Shown here: in pieces, positions 49,398 through 60,618 of the stretch | How positions within the stretch are numbered: position 1 is the first letter of the stretch | Layout: the number at the start of each line of letters is the position of its first letter | DNA from: an uncultured Acidobacteriota bacterium | GTDB lineage: Bacteria > Acidobacteriota > UBA6911 | Assembly: GCA_963843575.1 (NCBI GenBank) | Contig: CAWJKZ010000013.1 | Coordinates: forward strand, 704,001 to 768,000 | Direction of reading: 5' to 3' | Length of the DNA: 64,000 nt | Notes under the pieces: model-generated | The model's input: the letters and a program-made list of their open reading frames with translations, nothing else | Database searches by the model: none | What the model was told of the DNA's origin: nothing | Translations under genes and position numbers: made by a program

Positions 49398-52300
49398 ATG
49401 CGACGTCGATGGTACGTGGTTTTGTTGTTTGCGCTGCTCATGCTGGAATCGCGACAGGGCTCCGCGCAGGGTGGCGGTCAGATCAGCGGCACCGTAACGG
49501 ACAGCAGCGGCGGTGTCATTCCCGGGGCCGTGGTCGAGGCGACCAACGAGCGCACCGGCTCAACCCGCTCGACCGTGTCCGATGAACGGGGGTTCTTCAT
49601 GCTCCCGGCGCTGCAGGCTTCCGCGTACACGGTGAGGGCGACGGCGCAGGCGTTAAGCCCGGGTGAGTTGGGGAGCCTGAACCTGGCCGCGGGCGAGTCG
49701 CTCTCGGTAAAGCTGGTGCTCAAGCCGGCCGGGATTTCAGACAGCGTCGTCGTCGTCGCCATGCAGGAACGGTCCACCGATACGAGCTCGGCGCGCATCG
49801 GAGCCACGGTGAACGAGCGCGAAGTCTCCGGCCTGCCCCTGAACGGGCGCCAGCTGTCGCAGCTCTACCTGCAGGCCCCAGGGTCCGTAAACACGGGCTC
49901 GGGGACGTTCTTCGACATCCGCTTCAGCGGCCGATCGAATGAGCAGAACGCGATCCGATTCGACGGCGTCGAGGGATCGTCGATCATCGACGCCAGCCCC
50001 GGAAACCTCAACGGCGAGATTTCGTCCCCCTTCCGGCTGCAGACCAGCCTGGAGAGCGTCCAGGAGTTCCGCGTGGAATCCAACAGCTACCCGGCCGAAT
50101 ACGGGACGGGAACCGGCGGACAAATCAGCGTCAACACCAAGTCCGGGTCCAACCAACTGCACGGCTCGGCCTTCGAGTACGTGCGGAACGACGTACTGGA
50201 CGCCCGCAACTTCTTCGACCGCGCCTCGAAGTCGCCGCTGCGCCTCAACCAGTTCGGCATGTCCGTCGGCGGGCCGATCGTCAAGGAGAGGTTCTTCTTT
50301 TTCGGCAGTTACGAAGGCTACCGGCTCCGGTCGGGGATCAACCTCGTCGAAGCCGTGCCGAGCGAGGCGGCGCGGGAGCGGGCGGTCCCGGCCATCAAAC
50401 CTCTGATCGACGCGTTCCGCGGCCCCGGGTCATTCATCCTCCCGGGGGCCTCGACGAATCCGAACTTCGACATCGCCCAGCTTCAGTCTGGCGTGATCGT
50501 GAACGAGAACTCCGGCGCGGCCCGCTTCGACTTCAAGCTCAATCAGAGCAACACCCTGTACGCCCGTTACTTCCGCGACCAGGGGACCGCGAGCCAGCCG
50601 GAAGGGGTCACCGGCCGCCGGACGAACTACCGCTCGGTGCCTCAGAACGGGGTGCTCTCGCTGCAGAGCCTGTTGACGCAGCGCCTGATCAACGAGTTCA
50701 AGTTCGGGTATCAACGGGGCGCTGACGCGAGTCCAGGGATCGGCCCCCACCGTCAACGGCATCGACCTTTCCAACCTCGCGTTCAACCTCTCCGGGAGTG
50801 TCGCCAACACCGGCATCGCAGGACAGGGGGCCTCCTCGGGCATCGCTGTCCCGGGCGGACTGATCCGCGGCAGCAGCGCCTTCAACGGCCGCGGGTTTCC
50901 CTACACGCCGTATTCGCTCTCCTTCATCGACAGCCTCAGCATGGTACGGGGCAATCACAACGCGAAATTCGGCGTGGAGATCCGTGCCATCCGGATGTAC
51001 ACGGACCGGCTGGGGGGGATCACCTACTCGTTCTCCAACCTCGACGAGTTCCTGGCCAACCGTGCCCTCCAGATACAGTACGTCGGCGACCTGAGCGACC
51101 CGAGCCCCTTCAACGGCGGCGCCACGGGCGTGCGGCATGCGAAACAGGAATACTACATCGGCTGGGCGCAGGACGAGTGGAGGCTGCGGCCCAGCCGTCA
51201 CCCTCAACTACGGGCTGCGCTACGAGTACTACACCCCGCTGCGCGAGGCCAGGAATCTGGCCGCCGTTTTCGACGTCACCCGTGGCACGATGCTCTCCCC
51301 GGACAGAGGCTATGCGAGGTATCTCAAGACGAATTTCGGCCCGCGCGTAGGCCTGGCGTGGTCGCCAAATCCGTCCGGGAAAGGGTGGTTCGGCGGCGGC
51401 AAGACGGTCCTGCGCGGTGGGTTCGGACTGTACTACGGACCCGGCCAGACCGAGGACCAGATCCAGCCGATCGAGAGCGACCGGATCCAGCTGACCATGA
51501 CGGGCGGCTCCTATCCCGTGGACGCCGCGGCGCTCAGGGCGAACTTCCTCAACAACCCGGACAATCGCCAGTATCAGCCTCGAGCGTACTCGCCGGATTA
51601 CAGGATTCCCGAACGCATCTACCAGTACAGCGTCTCCATCCAGCAGGAGCTGCCCTACCAGACGAACCTGACGGCAGCCTACGTAGGGAGCCAGGGGCGC
51701 AACCTGTTCTTGCGCTCCTGGGCCAACAGGATCATCGATGTGATCACGAACGCGGACCCGACCAGGCCCGCCACGGTCGTGCGCGAGTTCGACCTGGTCC
51801 AGCCGAACGGCACGGTGCTCAAGCCGTTCGCCGAGATCGATTACAAGACCAGCGGTGGGCACGACAGCTACAACGCCCTCCAGCTGGCGCTTGGACGCCG
51901 TTTCAGCTCGGGGCTGACGCTCAATTCCCAGTACACCTTCGGCAAGAGCTACGGCAACACGTCGGGTTCCAACGACGCTCTCACCGCGGGCAACCCGTTC
52001 GATTTCGACTACGACACGGGCTACAACAACTTCGACGTCAGGCACTCGTTCAACCTCAGCGCCGTGTACTCGCTGCCGTTCGGGGCCAATGCAGGGCCCT
52101 GGGGCAAGACGCTGCTGTCGGGCTGGGATGTCGGGACCATCGTCAACGCGCGCAGCGGGCTCCCGGTAGACGTCCGGGTCCAACGCAACGACGTCGTGTA
52201 CGTCGACGCGGCCGGATTAGTCTTCAATACGCCGGCGGCGGGTCGCAGCGCGATCATCAACACCCCCGGAGGCGGAGCCTCGCGCAATGTGCGGCGTCCA

Positions 52301-52711
52301 GATCTTGTCCCCGGTGTTAATCCCTACCTCGGGTCCGACCGGCAGTTCCTGAACCCGGCCGCCTTCGCAATACCGCAACCCGGGAGCTTCGGCAACCTCA
52401 TGCGGGGATCCCTGCACGGGCCGGATTTCCGCCAGTTCGACCTGGTCGTGAACAAAAAGTTCCGCGTCTCGGAAGGGTCGAGCGTGGTGTTCCGTGCCGA
52501 GATCTTCAACCTGTTCAACCTGACGAATTTCGTGAATCCGACCGCCACGCTCCCCAATGCGCTCGGCACCGGCACGAACCAAGTCCAACCCGGACAGCCC
52601 CTGACACCTGCGGCGGCAGGGAGTTTCGGCAGCATGAACTCGACCGTGGAGCGGACGGTGGGCCTGGGGACCAACCGCCAGATCCAGCTCGCCCTGCGGT
52701 TCAGCTTCTAG
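49398..52711 (+). CDS. Oar-like TonB-dependent receptor; frameshifts near 50712 and 51190
   Basis: GQISGTVTDSSG, LPLNGR, SLESVQEFRV, TKSGSNQLHGS, QDEWR, NFGPRVGLAW, FRAEIFNLFN, RQIQLALRFSF. Confidence 0.93.
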
Positions 52712-52719
52712 TTCTAGTG

Positions 52720-52828
52720 CAAGTGGGTCCGGGCTTCAGCCCGGACGTTTTTGAAGCCGCTGCATATCGTGACAGATGCACTTCACAGCTACCGCAAAAG
52801 ACCGTCCGGGCTGAAGCCCGGACCCACT
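52720..52828. repeat. REPIN (inverted REP doublet)
   Basis: AGTGGGTCCGGGCTTCAGCCCGGACG ... CGTCCGGGCTGAAGCCCGGACCCACT; spacer near-identical to 8781-8832. Confidence 0.85.
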
Positions 52829-52850
52829 GGTCTTTACTCTTTGCTCTGCG

Positions 52851-54626
52851 TCAGATTCCGGGGAGGAACACCGTGAAGGTGGAGCCGCGGCCGACCTCGC
52901 TTTCGACTTCGATCCTGCCGTCGTGAGCCTCGACGAGGTGCTTCGTGATCGAGAGTCCCAGGCCCGTGCCGCCGACCTCGCGGGAGCGGGCGGCATCGAC
53001 TCGGTAGAAGCGCTCGAAGATGCGTTCCTGGCTCGCCTTGGGGATCCCGATGCCGGTATCGGCGACCGAGAGCGCGATGTCCGAGCCCCGCGCCTCGGCC
53101 CGGACGACGATGCGTCCTCCGGCCGGCGTGTACCGGACCGCGTTGTCGAGGAGGTTCTGCAGGATCTCGTGCAGCGCATTGAGGTCGCCGCGGATTGCGG
53201 GCAGGTTCGCGCCGCACTCCGTCTGGATGGCCAGGTTCTTCGCGGCCGCGTGTACCCGCACCGTTTCGACACAGGGCCCTATGAAGTCACACAGGTTCAC
53301 CGGACGCATCTCGAGGGGCACCTGCCCCGCCTCGATCTGGGAGAGCCTGAGGAGGTCATCGGTGAGCCTGCCCAGCCGCACGGCGTTGCTGCGAATGATC
53401 TCCAGGAAGCGGTCCCGGGTTTCAGTTTCGGCGACTCCTCCGAGCAGGGTCTCCGCAAATCCCTGGATCGCGGTGAGCGGTGTCTTGAACTCGTGGGAGA
53501 TGTTGGCGACGAAATCGCGGCGTGCGCGCTCGAGCCTGCGCCTTTCGGTGATGTCGTGCAGCACCATGACGGCGCCGGTCGCGGGTCCGTCGGCGCGCAC
53601 CGGCGCGGCGGTGACCTCGAAGCTCCGGGCGCGAAGCGTCCCCACGACGAGCTCGCTCTGCACCGTTTCCCCGCCGGCCAGGGCTCTCTGAATTGCCTGC
53701 AGCATATCGGATTGACGGATCACCTCGGCCATCGGCCGGCCGCGCCAGTCCGGGCTCTGGATCCGCAGCGCGCTGCAAAAAGACTCGTTGCAGAACACGA
53801 GACGCTGACTCGAGTCGATGACGGCCACCCCTTCAGCCATGCTGCGGAGGATGGCGGCGGACTGATTGCGCTCGCCGGTCAGGGCCCGGATCGTGAGGTC
53901 GAGGTGGGCGGCCGTCTCGTTGAGCGTGGCGGCCAGGTCGCTCAGTTCGTCCCCCTGCCGGTCCGCAGGGATCGGCCGGAAATCGCCCGCCGCCACCCTG
54001 TGCGAAAACTGCTGCAGCCGTTCGATGCGGGCGGTGAGGGCACGGAAGAAGAGCAGGGAAAAGGCGCCCGCAACCAGCAGGATCAGCAGCGAGGCCGTCC
54101 AAAGACGCCAGCGGAACCCGGCGAGGGCTTCATTGAGCCGGTGTAGGGGAAGGGCAAACCGTATGACCAGGGCGTCGCCTTCGATGGAATTGCGTCGCAG
54201 CGCCACGTACACTAGATCTCTGTTCAGCGTGTCGCTGTGGCGGACGGCGGTGCCTTCTCCCGCGGCCATCGCGGCGCGGATCTCCGGGCGCCCGGCGTGA
54301 TTTGCCATTCCGGAGGGGGCGGATTCGGAATCGGCCAGGACGCGGCCATCGGCGGCGACGACGGTGCAGCGCACGCCGCTCTGCCCCATCCACTTTACCC
54401 ACGCATTCAGGCCGGCCGGATCGCGGGAACTCGGAGGCCGGCCGTCGACCAGGCGCCCGAGCGCCTCGAGCTTCTCGATCCCGTTCTGAACGAAATTGCG
54501 CCGGATGGCCTGGACCGTATACACGTCCACCGCGACGAGGACGAGCACGAGCAGGGCGAAATAGACGAGCCCCAGCCGCCGGAAGAGCCTCGATCTCAGG
54601 TGCGTCAGCGCCGCGTTCCCCGACAT
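52851..54626 (-). CDS. phoR: PhoR-like sensor histidine kinase (HAMP, PAS)
   Basis: NHAGRPEI periplasmic motif; RRDFVANISHEFKTPLTAIQGFAETL; IFERFYRVD; GGTGLGL. Confidence 0.88.
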   Translation of the reverse strand: MSGNAALTHLRSRLFRRLGLVYFALLVLVLVAVDVYTVQAIRRNFVQNGIEKLEALGRLVDGRPPSSRDPAGLNAWVKWMGQSGVRCTVVAADGRVLADSESAPSGMANHAGRPEIRAAMAAGEGTAVRHSDTLNRDLVYVALRRNSIEGDALVIRFALPLHRLNEALAGFRWRLWTASLLILLVAGAFSLLFFRALTARIERLQQFSHRVAAGDFRPIPADRQGDELSDLAATLNETAAHLDLTIRALTGERNQSAAILRSMAEGVAVIDSSQRLVFCNESFCSALRIQSPDWRGRPMAEVIRQSDMLQAIQRALAGGETVQSELVVGTLRARSFEVTAAPVRADGPATGAVMVLHDITERRRLERARRDFVANISHEFKTPLTAIQGFAETLLGGVAETETRDRFLEIIRSNAVRLGRLTDDLLRLSQIEAGQVPLEMRPVNLCDFIGPCVETVRVHAAAKNLAIQTECGANLPAIRGDLNALHEILQNLLDNAVRYTPAGGRIVVRAEARGSDIALSVADTGIGIPKASQERIFERFYRVDAARSREVGGTGLGLSITKHLVEAHDGRIEVESEVGRGSTFTVFLPGI

Positions 54627-55153
54627 ATGCCCGACTCCGGTTCAGTGCACGGAGTGTTTGCCGCCGCCGGGCGGGATCCGCCGGGACCGTCGTCGACCTG
54701 CTCCGACCGCGGATCTATATCCCAGTGCTGGGGCTGGTCGGCGGGGGTGCGATAAATGTCGACGCAGGCGCGGCTGTTGCCGTACCAACTGTGGACGATG
54801 TCCTCTACCCGGTAGCGCAGCTGGTCGCCGTACGTCTTCGGGACTCCCAGGGCGGCATACTCTTCAATGCGCGTCTCGAGATTCAGTTCGCCCGAGACCA
54901 GCACCGTTACCGCCAGCACCTCCGGGTCGGTCTCGTGGACGATGACGCGCCCGCACGGGTCACAGCTCGCAGGCAGGAAGATCTCGTACGTCTCGTGCCC
55001 CTTGCCGCGCGAGATCCGCTGAAGTCTGAACAGGTTTTCGTACTGGTGCTCCAGCTGGTGCAACCGTTCGCTGTGCTCATCGCAGTATTCGCCCGGACTT
55101 GCGTCGTCAGGGTTGCAGATCACGCACGAAGGGACTTCTCTTTTGCGAGCCAT
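54605..55153 (-). CDS. Hypothetical protein with putative Zn-binding motifs
   Basis: AGGAG RBS; CVIC-x10-CDEH and CDPC; overlaps the phoR start. Confidence 0.72.
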   Translation of the reverse strand: MARKREVPSCVICNPDDASPGEYCDEHSERLHQLEHQYENLFRLQRISRGKGHETYEIFLPASCDPCGRVIVHETDPEVLAVTVLVSGELNLETRIEEYAALGVPKTYGDQLRYRVEDIVHSWYGNSRACVDIYRTPADQPQHWDIDPRSEQVDDGPGGSRPAAANTPCTEPESGICRGTRR

Positions 55154-55377
55154 GGCATTGCTCCTGAACCGCTAATTCTTTCACGACCGGCACACGATGT
55201 CCACCTTGCTCGAAACCGGCCACGCGGGCGGAGACGGATCATGCTTCGAGGCTGGTCGAGCCCTTTGAGTTCGCCGTCGGCCCGATGGCTCACCTCGAGA
55301 TTCGAAACAGTCGAAGAATCGCCAAGCCGGGGAGGACTACATGTACAATTCCCGGACGCACAAAGGGGGAACGGGGG

Positions 55378-56400
55378 ATGCGGCTGGGTTTGAACCTCGG
55401 TTATTGGGCGGCGGGCCCTGTCGACCACACCCTGCTGGCGCAGGAGGCCGACCGGCTTGGCTACCATTCGATCTGGACGGCGGAAGCGTGGGGTTCCGAC
55501 GCGGTCACGCCCCTGACGTGGCTGGCGGCCCGCACGGAGCGCGTCCGCGTCGGGACGGCGGTGATGCAGATGGCGGCGAGGACGCCGGCGGCGACGGCCA
55601 TGACTGTTGCGACCCTCGATCTGCTCACGGGCGGACGGGTGCTGCTCGGACTCGGAGTCTCCGGTCCGCAGGTGGTGGAGGGCTGGCACGGCGTCTCGTT
55701 CGGGAAGCCGCTCGGCCGTTCCCGCGAGTATGTCTCGATCGTGCGCGACATCCTCCGACGCAGGAAGAGACTGGAGCACCACGGCGAGCACTACGACATC
55801 CCGCTGCGCGGCGGCACCGGCCTGGGGGTACCGCTGAAGCTCATGATCAGCCCGCTGCGCCCCGATGTTCCGGTCTACCTTGCCGCAAACGGCCCGAAAA
55901 ACGTGGCCCTTGCGGCCGAGATCGCAGACGGGTGGCTCCCGATATTCTTCTCTCCGCACCGCGTGAGCGTGTTTCGCCCCAGCCTCGAACAGGGTTTCGC
56001 CCGGGCACCCGGCAAAGACCGTACGATCTTCGACGTCGCGCCGACGATCCAGGTGCGCCTCGGCCCGGACACGCGCGCTTGCCGCGACGCCGTCAAGCCC
56101 GACCTGGCTTTCTACATCGGGCTGATGGGTGGGAAGGGGAAGAACTTCTACTATGATCTCGCCTGTCGCTACGGCTACGAGGCGGCCGCTGACCGGATAC
56201 GGGATCTCTATCTGGATGGGAGGAAGGCCGAGGCCATTGCCGCCGTTCCGGATGCGCTGGTCGACGAGGTCGCGCTGTGCGGCCCGAAGGAACGCGTCGC
56301 GGAAGCCCTGGGAGCCTGGCGCAGCGCCGGTGTGACCACGATGCTGTGCTCCACGTCGAGCCTCGAAACGGTGCGGACGATGGCGGAGCTTGTGCTTTAA
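55378..56400 (+). CDS. LLM-class (luciferase-like, F420-dependent-type) oxidoreductase
   Basis: [50 protein letters not shown]. Confidence 0.92.
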   Translation: MRLGLNLGYWAAGPVDHTLLAQEADRLGYHSIWTAEAWGSDAVTPLTWLAARTERVRVGTAVMQMAARTPAATAMTVATLDLLTGGRVLLGLGVSGPQVVEGWHGVSFGKPLGRSREYVSIVRDILRRRKRLEHHGEHYDIPLRGGTGLGVPLKLMISPLRPDVPVYLAANGPKNVALAAEIADGWLPIFFSPHRVSVFRPSLEQGFARAPGKDRTIFDVAPTIQVRLGPDTRACRDAVKPDLAFYIGLMGGKGKNFYYDLACRYGYEAAADRIRDLYLDGRKAEAIAAVPDALVDEVALCGPKERVAEALGAWRSAGVTTMLCSTSSLETVRTMAELVL

Positions 56401-56520
56401 TACAGGGATAGCCGCTGCCCGGTAGTACGGAGGGCCGGAGTCCGGTCACACGACCGGACTGCGCGGGCGGGGGTTTGCCAGGTTTCAACCGACGTCGTAC
56501 TTGGGTTATTGTTTGACGCG

Positions 56521-57426
56521 ATGCACATACCGGACGGGTTTCTCTCAAACAGGGTCGCGCTGTCGTTGGATGCCCTTTCGGGTGTGACGGTGTTTTACGC
56601 CACCCGGCGCGTTACGATCGAAGGTTCCGGGCGCATGGTCCCGATCATGGGGGTCATGGCGGCGTTCGTGCTGGCCGCGCAGATGCTGAACTTCCCCGTC
56701 CTCGGCGGCACTTCTGGACACCTGGTGGGTGGCGCGTTGCTCTCGGTTTTGCTCGGGCCCATGGCCGGGTTCCTGACCATGGCGACCGTGATCATGGCGC
56801 AGGCGCTATTCATGCAGGACGGGGGCATCCTGGCGCTGGGTGCGAATCTGTTCAATATCGGAGCGATCACCTCCTTCTCGGGCTTCGCCCTGTTCCGCAT
56901 GGTGGCCGGCAACAGCGCCGGCCCGCGGCGCACCGGCATAGCCGCTTTCGTCGCGGGTTGGGGTTCGCTCATGCTGTCGGCGGTGAGTTGTGCGCTGCAA
57001 CTCTCGATCTCCGGGGTGATTCCGCTCAAGACCGGGCTGGGCGCTATGGCGGGGTACCACGCCATCATCGGGATCGCGGAAGGCGGCCTCACGGCAGCCG
57101 TGCTCACGTTCCTGCTCAGGGTCAGGCCGGACCTGGCCAGGAGAGAGGGCGAGCTGCGCTTCCGGGGAACGGACTGGATCGGGGCGCTCGTGCTGGTCGC
57201 CGTGCCCATGGCCTTCCTGCTGCTTGCCGGGAGTTCGAGCCTGCCCGATCCCCTCCAGGGCCTGCTGGAAAACCCGGCGGTCGCGTCCGGAGGGGGCGGA
57301 GTCGGGGAACTCAGCTCTGCGGCACGGTATCGCGATTATGCCGAGCAGGCGGGGGTCTTCATTGTCCTGATCGCCGTTGCGTTCCTGACCAGCCGCATCG
57401 CGCGCCGCAGAAAGGACGCGTCGTGA
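56521..57426 (+). CDS. CbiM/NikM ECF substrate component with C-terminal extension
   Basis: N-terminal MHIPDG metal motif; AQMLNFP, GTSGHLVG, QDGGILALGAN. Confidence 0.9.
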   Translation: MHIPDGFLSNRVALSLDALSGVTVFYATRRVTIEGSGRMVPIMGVMAAFVLAAQMLNFPVLGGTSGHLVGGALLSVLLGPMAGFLTMATVIMAQALFMQDGGILALGANLFNIGAITSFSGFALFRMVAGNSAGPRRTGIAAFVAGWGSLMLSAVSCALQLSISGVIPLKTGLGAMAGYHAIIGIAEGGLTAAVLTFLLRVRPDLARREGELRFRGTDWIGALVLVAVPMAFLLLAGSSSLPDPLQGLLENPAVASGGGGVGELSSAARYRDYAEQAGVFIVLIAVAFLTSRIARRRKDAS

Positions 57427-58143
57427 AGCACAACTTCGTCGACCGCTACGCGTCTCTGGACTCTCCACTGCACGCTGCTGGACGCGCGCACCAAGCTGAT
57501 AGGTTTCACCGCCCTGATCGTCGCTGCCCTTTGGATTCCCGCGGGCAGGATGTTCGCGTTTTTCGGTTTCTTCTTTCTTACCGCGATCCTGATGGGGATT
57601 TCCCAGGTGCCGCTCACGTACGTGGTCGCCCGTACCCTGATCTTGCTCCCTTTCGTGCTGCTGGCGGGGCTGGCCAGGCCCTGGACACACGGGCTCGACG
57701 TGACCCTGTTCGGCGCGCTGCTGCTGCGCTCGACCCTGTGCCTGATGATCCTCATCCTTCTGACCAATACGACGCGATTCGCCGAACTGCTGCGCGGCCT
57801 GCGCAAACTCGGCTGCCCGCGCATCCTGGTCCTCAACCTCGGCTTCCTCTACCGGTACGTGTTCGTGCTGACCGACGAGGTGCTGCGCATGCGGCAGGCG
57901 CGCGACTGCCGGCGCGTCGGCCGGTTGGGTCTCAGGGCCGAACTGAAAACGCTCGGAGGCATGCTGGGGACTCTGCTGATCCGTTCCTTCGAGCGGGCCG
58001 AGAGAATGTATCAGGCCATGCTCTCGCGCGGCTATTCCGGCGAAATCCCGACGATGCCGACGCGCCGGTTTTCCTGGCGCGACCTCGCGTTCCTTTCAGG
58101 CCTGGCGTTGTTCATCGCCGTTACATTCCGGTGGGGTACATAG
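57423..58143 (+). CDS. CbiQ/NikQ ECF T component; frameshift near 57475
   Basis: VKHNFVDRYA..LDARTKL, YRYVFVL, RSFERAERMYQAMLSRGY. Confidence 0.88.
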
Positions 58144-58149
58144 GCCACC

Positions 58150-58902
58150 ATGGCTGACACGATCGATTACGCGGTGCGGATAACGCGGCTCAACTACGCT
58201 TACCCGGACGGCACGAGGGCGCTCGAAGGTGTGGACATGGATGTCCGGCCCGGCGAGCGCGTCGGGATCGTCGGCCCGAGCGGCGCCGGCAAGTCTACCC
58301 TGCTGCTGCACCTGAACGGCGTGCTCACGGGCACCGGGATCGTACGAATCATGGGCCAACCGGTCGACGGCGGGGACCTGCGGCGGATACGCAGGCAGGT
58401 CGGCCTCCTGTTTCAGGACCCGAGCGATCAGCTGTTCTGCCCAACGGTGTTCGAGGACATCGCGTTCGGGCCGCTGAACCTGGCGATGCCTCCCGACGAG
58501 GTTGCGCCCCGGGTCGAAAGGGCGCTGCGCGATGTCGGCCTCGACCAGTCCATCCGGTACCGCTCCTCGCACCACCTGAGCCTCGGCGAACGCAAGCGCG
58601 TGGCCCTGGCCGCCGTGCTGGTCATGGAGCCGGCTGTCCTGGCGCTTGACGAACCGAGCAGCAACCTCGACCCGCGCAACCGCCGTCACCTGATCGAACT
58701 GGTGTCGTCGTTGCCGGCCAGCCTGCTGGTGGCCACCCACGATCTCGAGCTCGTGCTGGCCGTGTGCCCGCGGGCCGTCCTGATGGACAGGGGGCGTATA
58801 TGGGCCGACGGCGAGACGCGCGCGATCCTGGGGGACGCCGAATTAATGGAACAGCACGGGCTGGAAGTCCCGCTCAGCCTCACCTGTCAGCACCGGACGT
58901 GA
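58150..58902 (+). CDS. CbiO/NikO ECF ATPase
   Basis: YAYPDG, GPSGAGKST, FQDPSDQLF, DIAFGP, LSLGERKR, ATHD. Confidence 0.92.
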   Translation: MADTIDYAVRITRLNYAYPDGTRALEGVDMDVRPGERVGIVGPSGAGKSTLLLHLNGVLTGTGIVRIMGQPVDGGDLRRIRRQVGLLFQDPSDQLFCPTVFEDIAFGPLNLAMPPDEVAPRVERALRDVGLDQSIRYRSSHHLSLGERKRVALAAVLVMEPAVLALDEPSSNLDPRNRRHLIELVSSLPASLLVATHDLELVLAVCPRAVLMDRGRIWADGETRAILGDAELMEQHGLEVPLSLTCQHRT

Positions 58903-58990
58903 GATGCGGTACGACACGGAATTGAGCAGCAGAAGCCGCCTCGCAGACCCGAGAAATCCTGACGAGCCCCGCATTCCCGGCACCGCGAGG

Positions 58991-59953
58991 GTGAGACGGA
59001 CAATTTTAGGGAGCCTCTTCTGCCTGTCGCTGTGGCTCTCGGGGGGCGCCCCGGAGGCACGCCCCCAGGCGACGGTCCATCCCGATCTGGAGGTGTACGC
59101 CCGCACTCCCAGCGTGGTGGACTGGTCTCTCGACGACCTCGTCAAGTTCTACCCGGACGAGATGGCCGCGATCGAGTTCGACCCGGCCCAGGAGCAGCTC
59201 GCCCCCCTCCTGTCGCGAGTTTCGGACAACGTGGGGGCGTTTTTCCGCGATTTCCCGAATACTGCCTGCAAAGAGAGCGTGCTGCAGGAGCGCATCCGAC
59301 CCGACGGCCGTGTTGAAGCGCGCGCGCAACAGGAGTTCCAGTACCTGGTTTTTGTCAAATCACCGGATCTGGCGGCCGAGTGGGAGGAGGATCGGACCGA
59401 TGCCAAGGGCCGACCGGTGCGGCGCGCCGCGCCCGGCGGTCTCTCGCTGCTGACGTCCGGGTATGCGATGGCAGGCGCCTACTTCCACCCTGCCCACCGT
59501 TACGGTTCGCGTTTCCGTTACCTGGGGCGGGAACGCGCCAACCCTCATGCTCATGTGATCGCGTTCGCACAAAGGCCGGAGATGCAGGACCTTCTTGGGA
59601 GCTTCGGAGTCCACGGCAGGGCCGGGGGCACCGGCGTCAACATGAAGTCGGTCATTACGATGGTCCAGGGTCTGGCCTGGGTGAGCGCGGAAGCCGGTCA
59701 GATCGTGCGGATGCGCACGGATCTGCTCGCCCCCAGGCCCGACGTGTCGCTGACCCGGCAGACCACCGACATCTCATTTTCCGCGGTCGAGTTTCCCAAC
59801 ATCGCGCAGCGTTTCTGGCTGCCGGAGGAGGTGGTCGTCACCATGGACTGGAACGGCAAGACCTACCGTAACCGGCACCGCTATGCGGACTACAGGGTGT
59901 TCACGGTTCAGAGCTATCAACAGGTGGACCGTCCCGCGCCCGTCAAACACTAG
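58991..59953 (+). CDS. Secreted hypothetical protein (beta-rich)
   Basis: Signal-like VRRTILGSLFCLSLWL; QGLAWV..GQIVRM, FWLPEEV, NRHRYADYRVF; start uncertain (58904 possible). Confidence 0.7.
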   Translation: MRRTILGSLFCLSLWLSGGAPEARPQATVHPDLEVYARTPSVVDWSLDDLVKFYPDEMAAIEFDPAQEQLAPLLSRVSDNVGAFFRDFPNTACKESVLQERIRPDGRVEARAQQEFQYLVFVKSPDLAAEWEEDRTDAKGRPVRRAAPGGLSLLTSGYAMAGAYFHPAHRYGSRFRYLGRERANPHAHVIAFAQRPEMQDLLGSFGVHGRAGGTGVNMKSVITMVQGLAWVSAEAGQIVRMRTDLLAPRPDVSLTRQTTDISFSAVEFPNIAQRFWLPEEVVVTMDWNGKTYRNRHRYADYRVFTVQSYQQVDRPAPVKH

Positions 59954-59985
59954 GTGAGTGCCGCGAGGGCACGGGAGTTGAGCCG

Positions 59986-60618
59986 ATGCTGCGAATCGAT
60001 GCCGGGGCGGTGACGCTTGAGGCTGCGCTCGGGGAACCGCGCGGGACAAAGCTGCGCGGAGCCGCGGTGTTGTGCCACCCCCACCCGAAGTACGGTGGGA
60101 CGATGCACAACCGCGTGGTGTATCGCGCGGGCAAGGCAGCGATGGAAGCCGGGCTGGCGGCCTTGCGCTTCAACTTCCGGGGAGTGGAAGGGAGCACCGG
60201 GGAGTATGATGAAGGAGTAGGCGAAAAAGACGACGTCACGGCGGCGCTCGACTGGCTCGAGCGGAAGTACGCCGGCCTGCCGCTCACCCTGATCGGGTTT
60301 TCCTTCGGAGCCTGGGTCGGGCTGCAGGTCGGTGCGGCCGACCCGCGGGTCCGGCTCCTGGTCGGTCTGGGGCTGCCGGTCAGCGCCTACGACTTCGGTT
60401 TCCTGGCGGGCAACCTGAAGCCGACGCTGATCGTTTGCGGCACCCGGGACGAGTTCTGCCCGAGACCGCTGATGGAGCCGCTCACCCGCAGGCTGTCCCC
60501 GTCGTCGCTTGTGACCTGGATCGATGGGGCGGACCACTTCTTCACCGCGCACATCGACGCGCTGCAGGACCGGATCGCCGGTTTTCTACGCACTCGGCAC
60601 CTGGGAGAACTGGGATGA
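59986..60618 (+). CDS. Alpha/beta hydrolase
   Basis: CHPHPKYGGTMHN, RFNFRGV, GFSFG nucleophile elbow, GTRDE, GADHFF. Confidence 0.93.
   Translation: MLRIDAGAVTLEAALGEPRGTKLRGAAVLCHPHPKYGGTMHNRVVYRAGKAAMEAGLAALRFNFRGVEGSTGEYDEGVGEKDDVTAALDWLERKYAGLPLTLIGFSFGAWVGLQVGAADPRVRLLVGLGLPVSAYDFGFLAGNLKPTLIVCGTRDEFCPRPLMEPLTRRLSPSSLVTWIDGADHFFTAHIDALQDRIAGFLRTRHLGELG

Noticed and set aside
56439-56460. Hairpin AGTCCGGTC-ACAC-GACCGGACT before cbiM as a metal or B12 riboswitch
   Set aside because: A single stem with no recognisable B12-box or NiCo junction. More likely an mRNA-end structure of the LLM gene.
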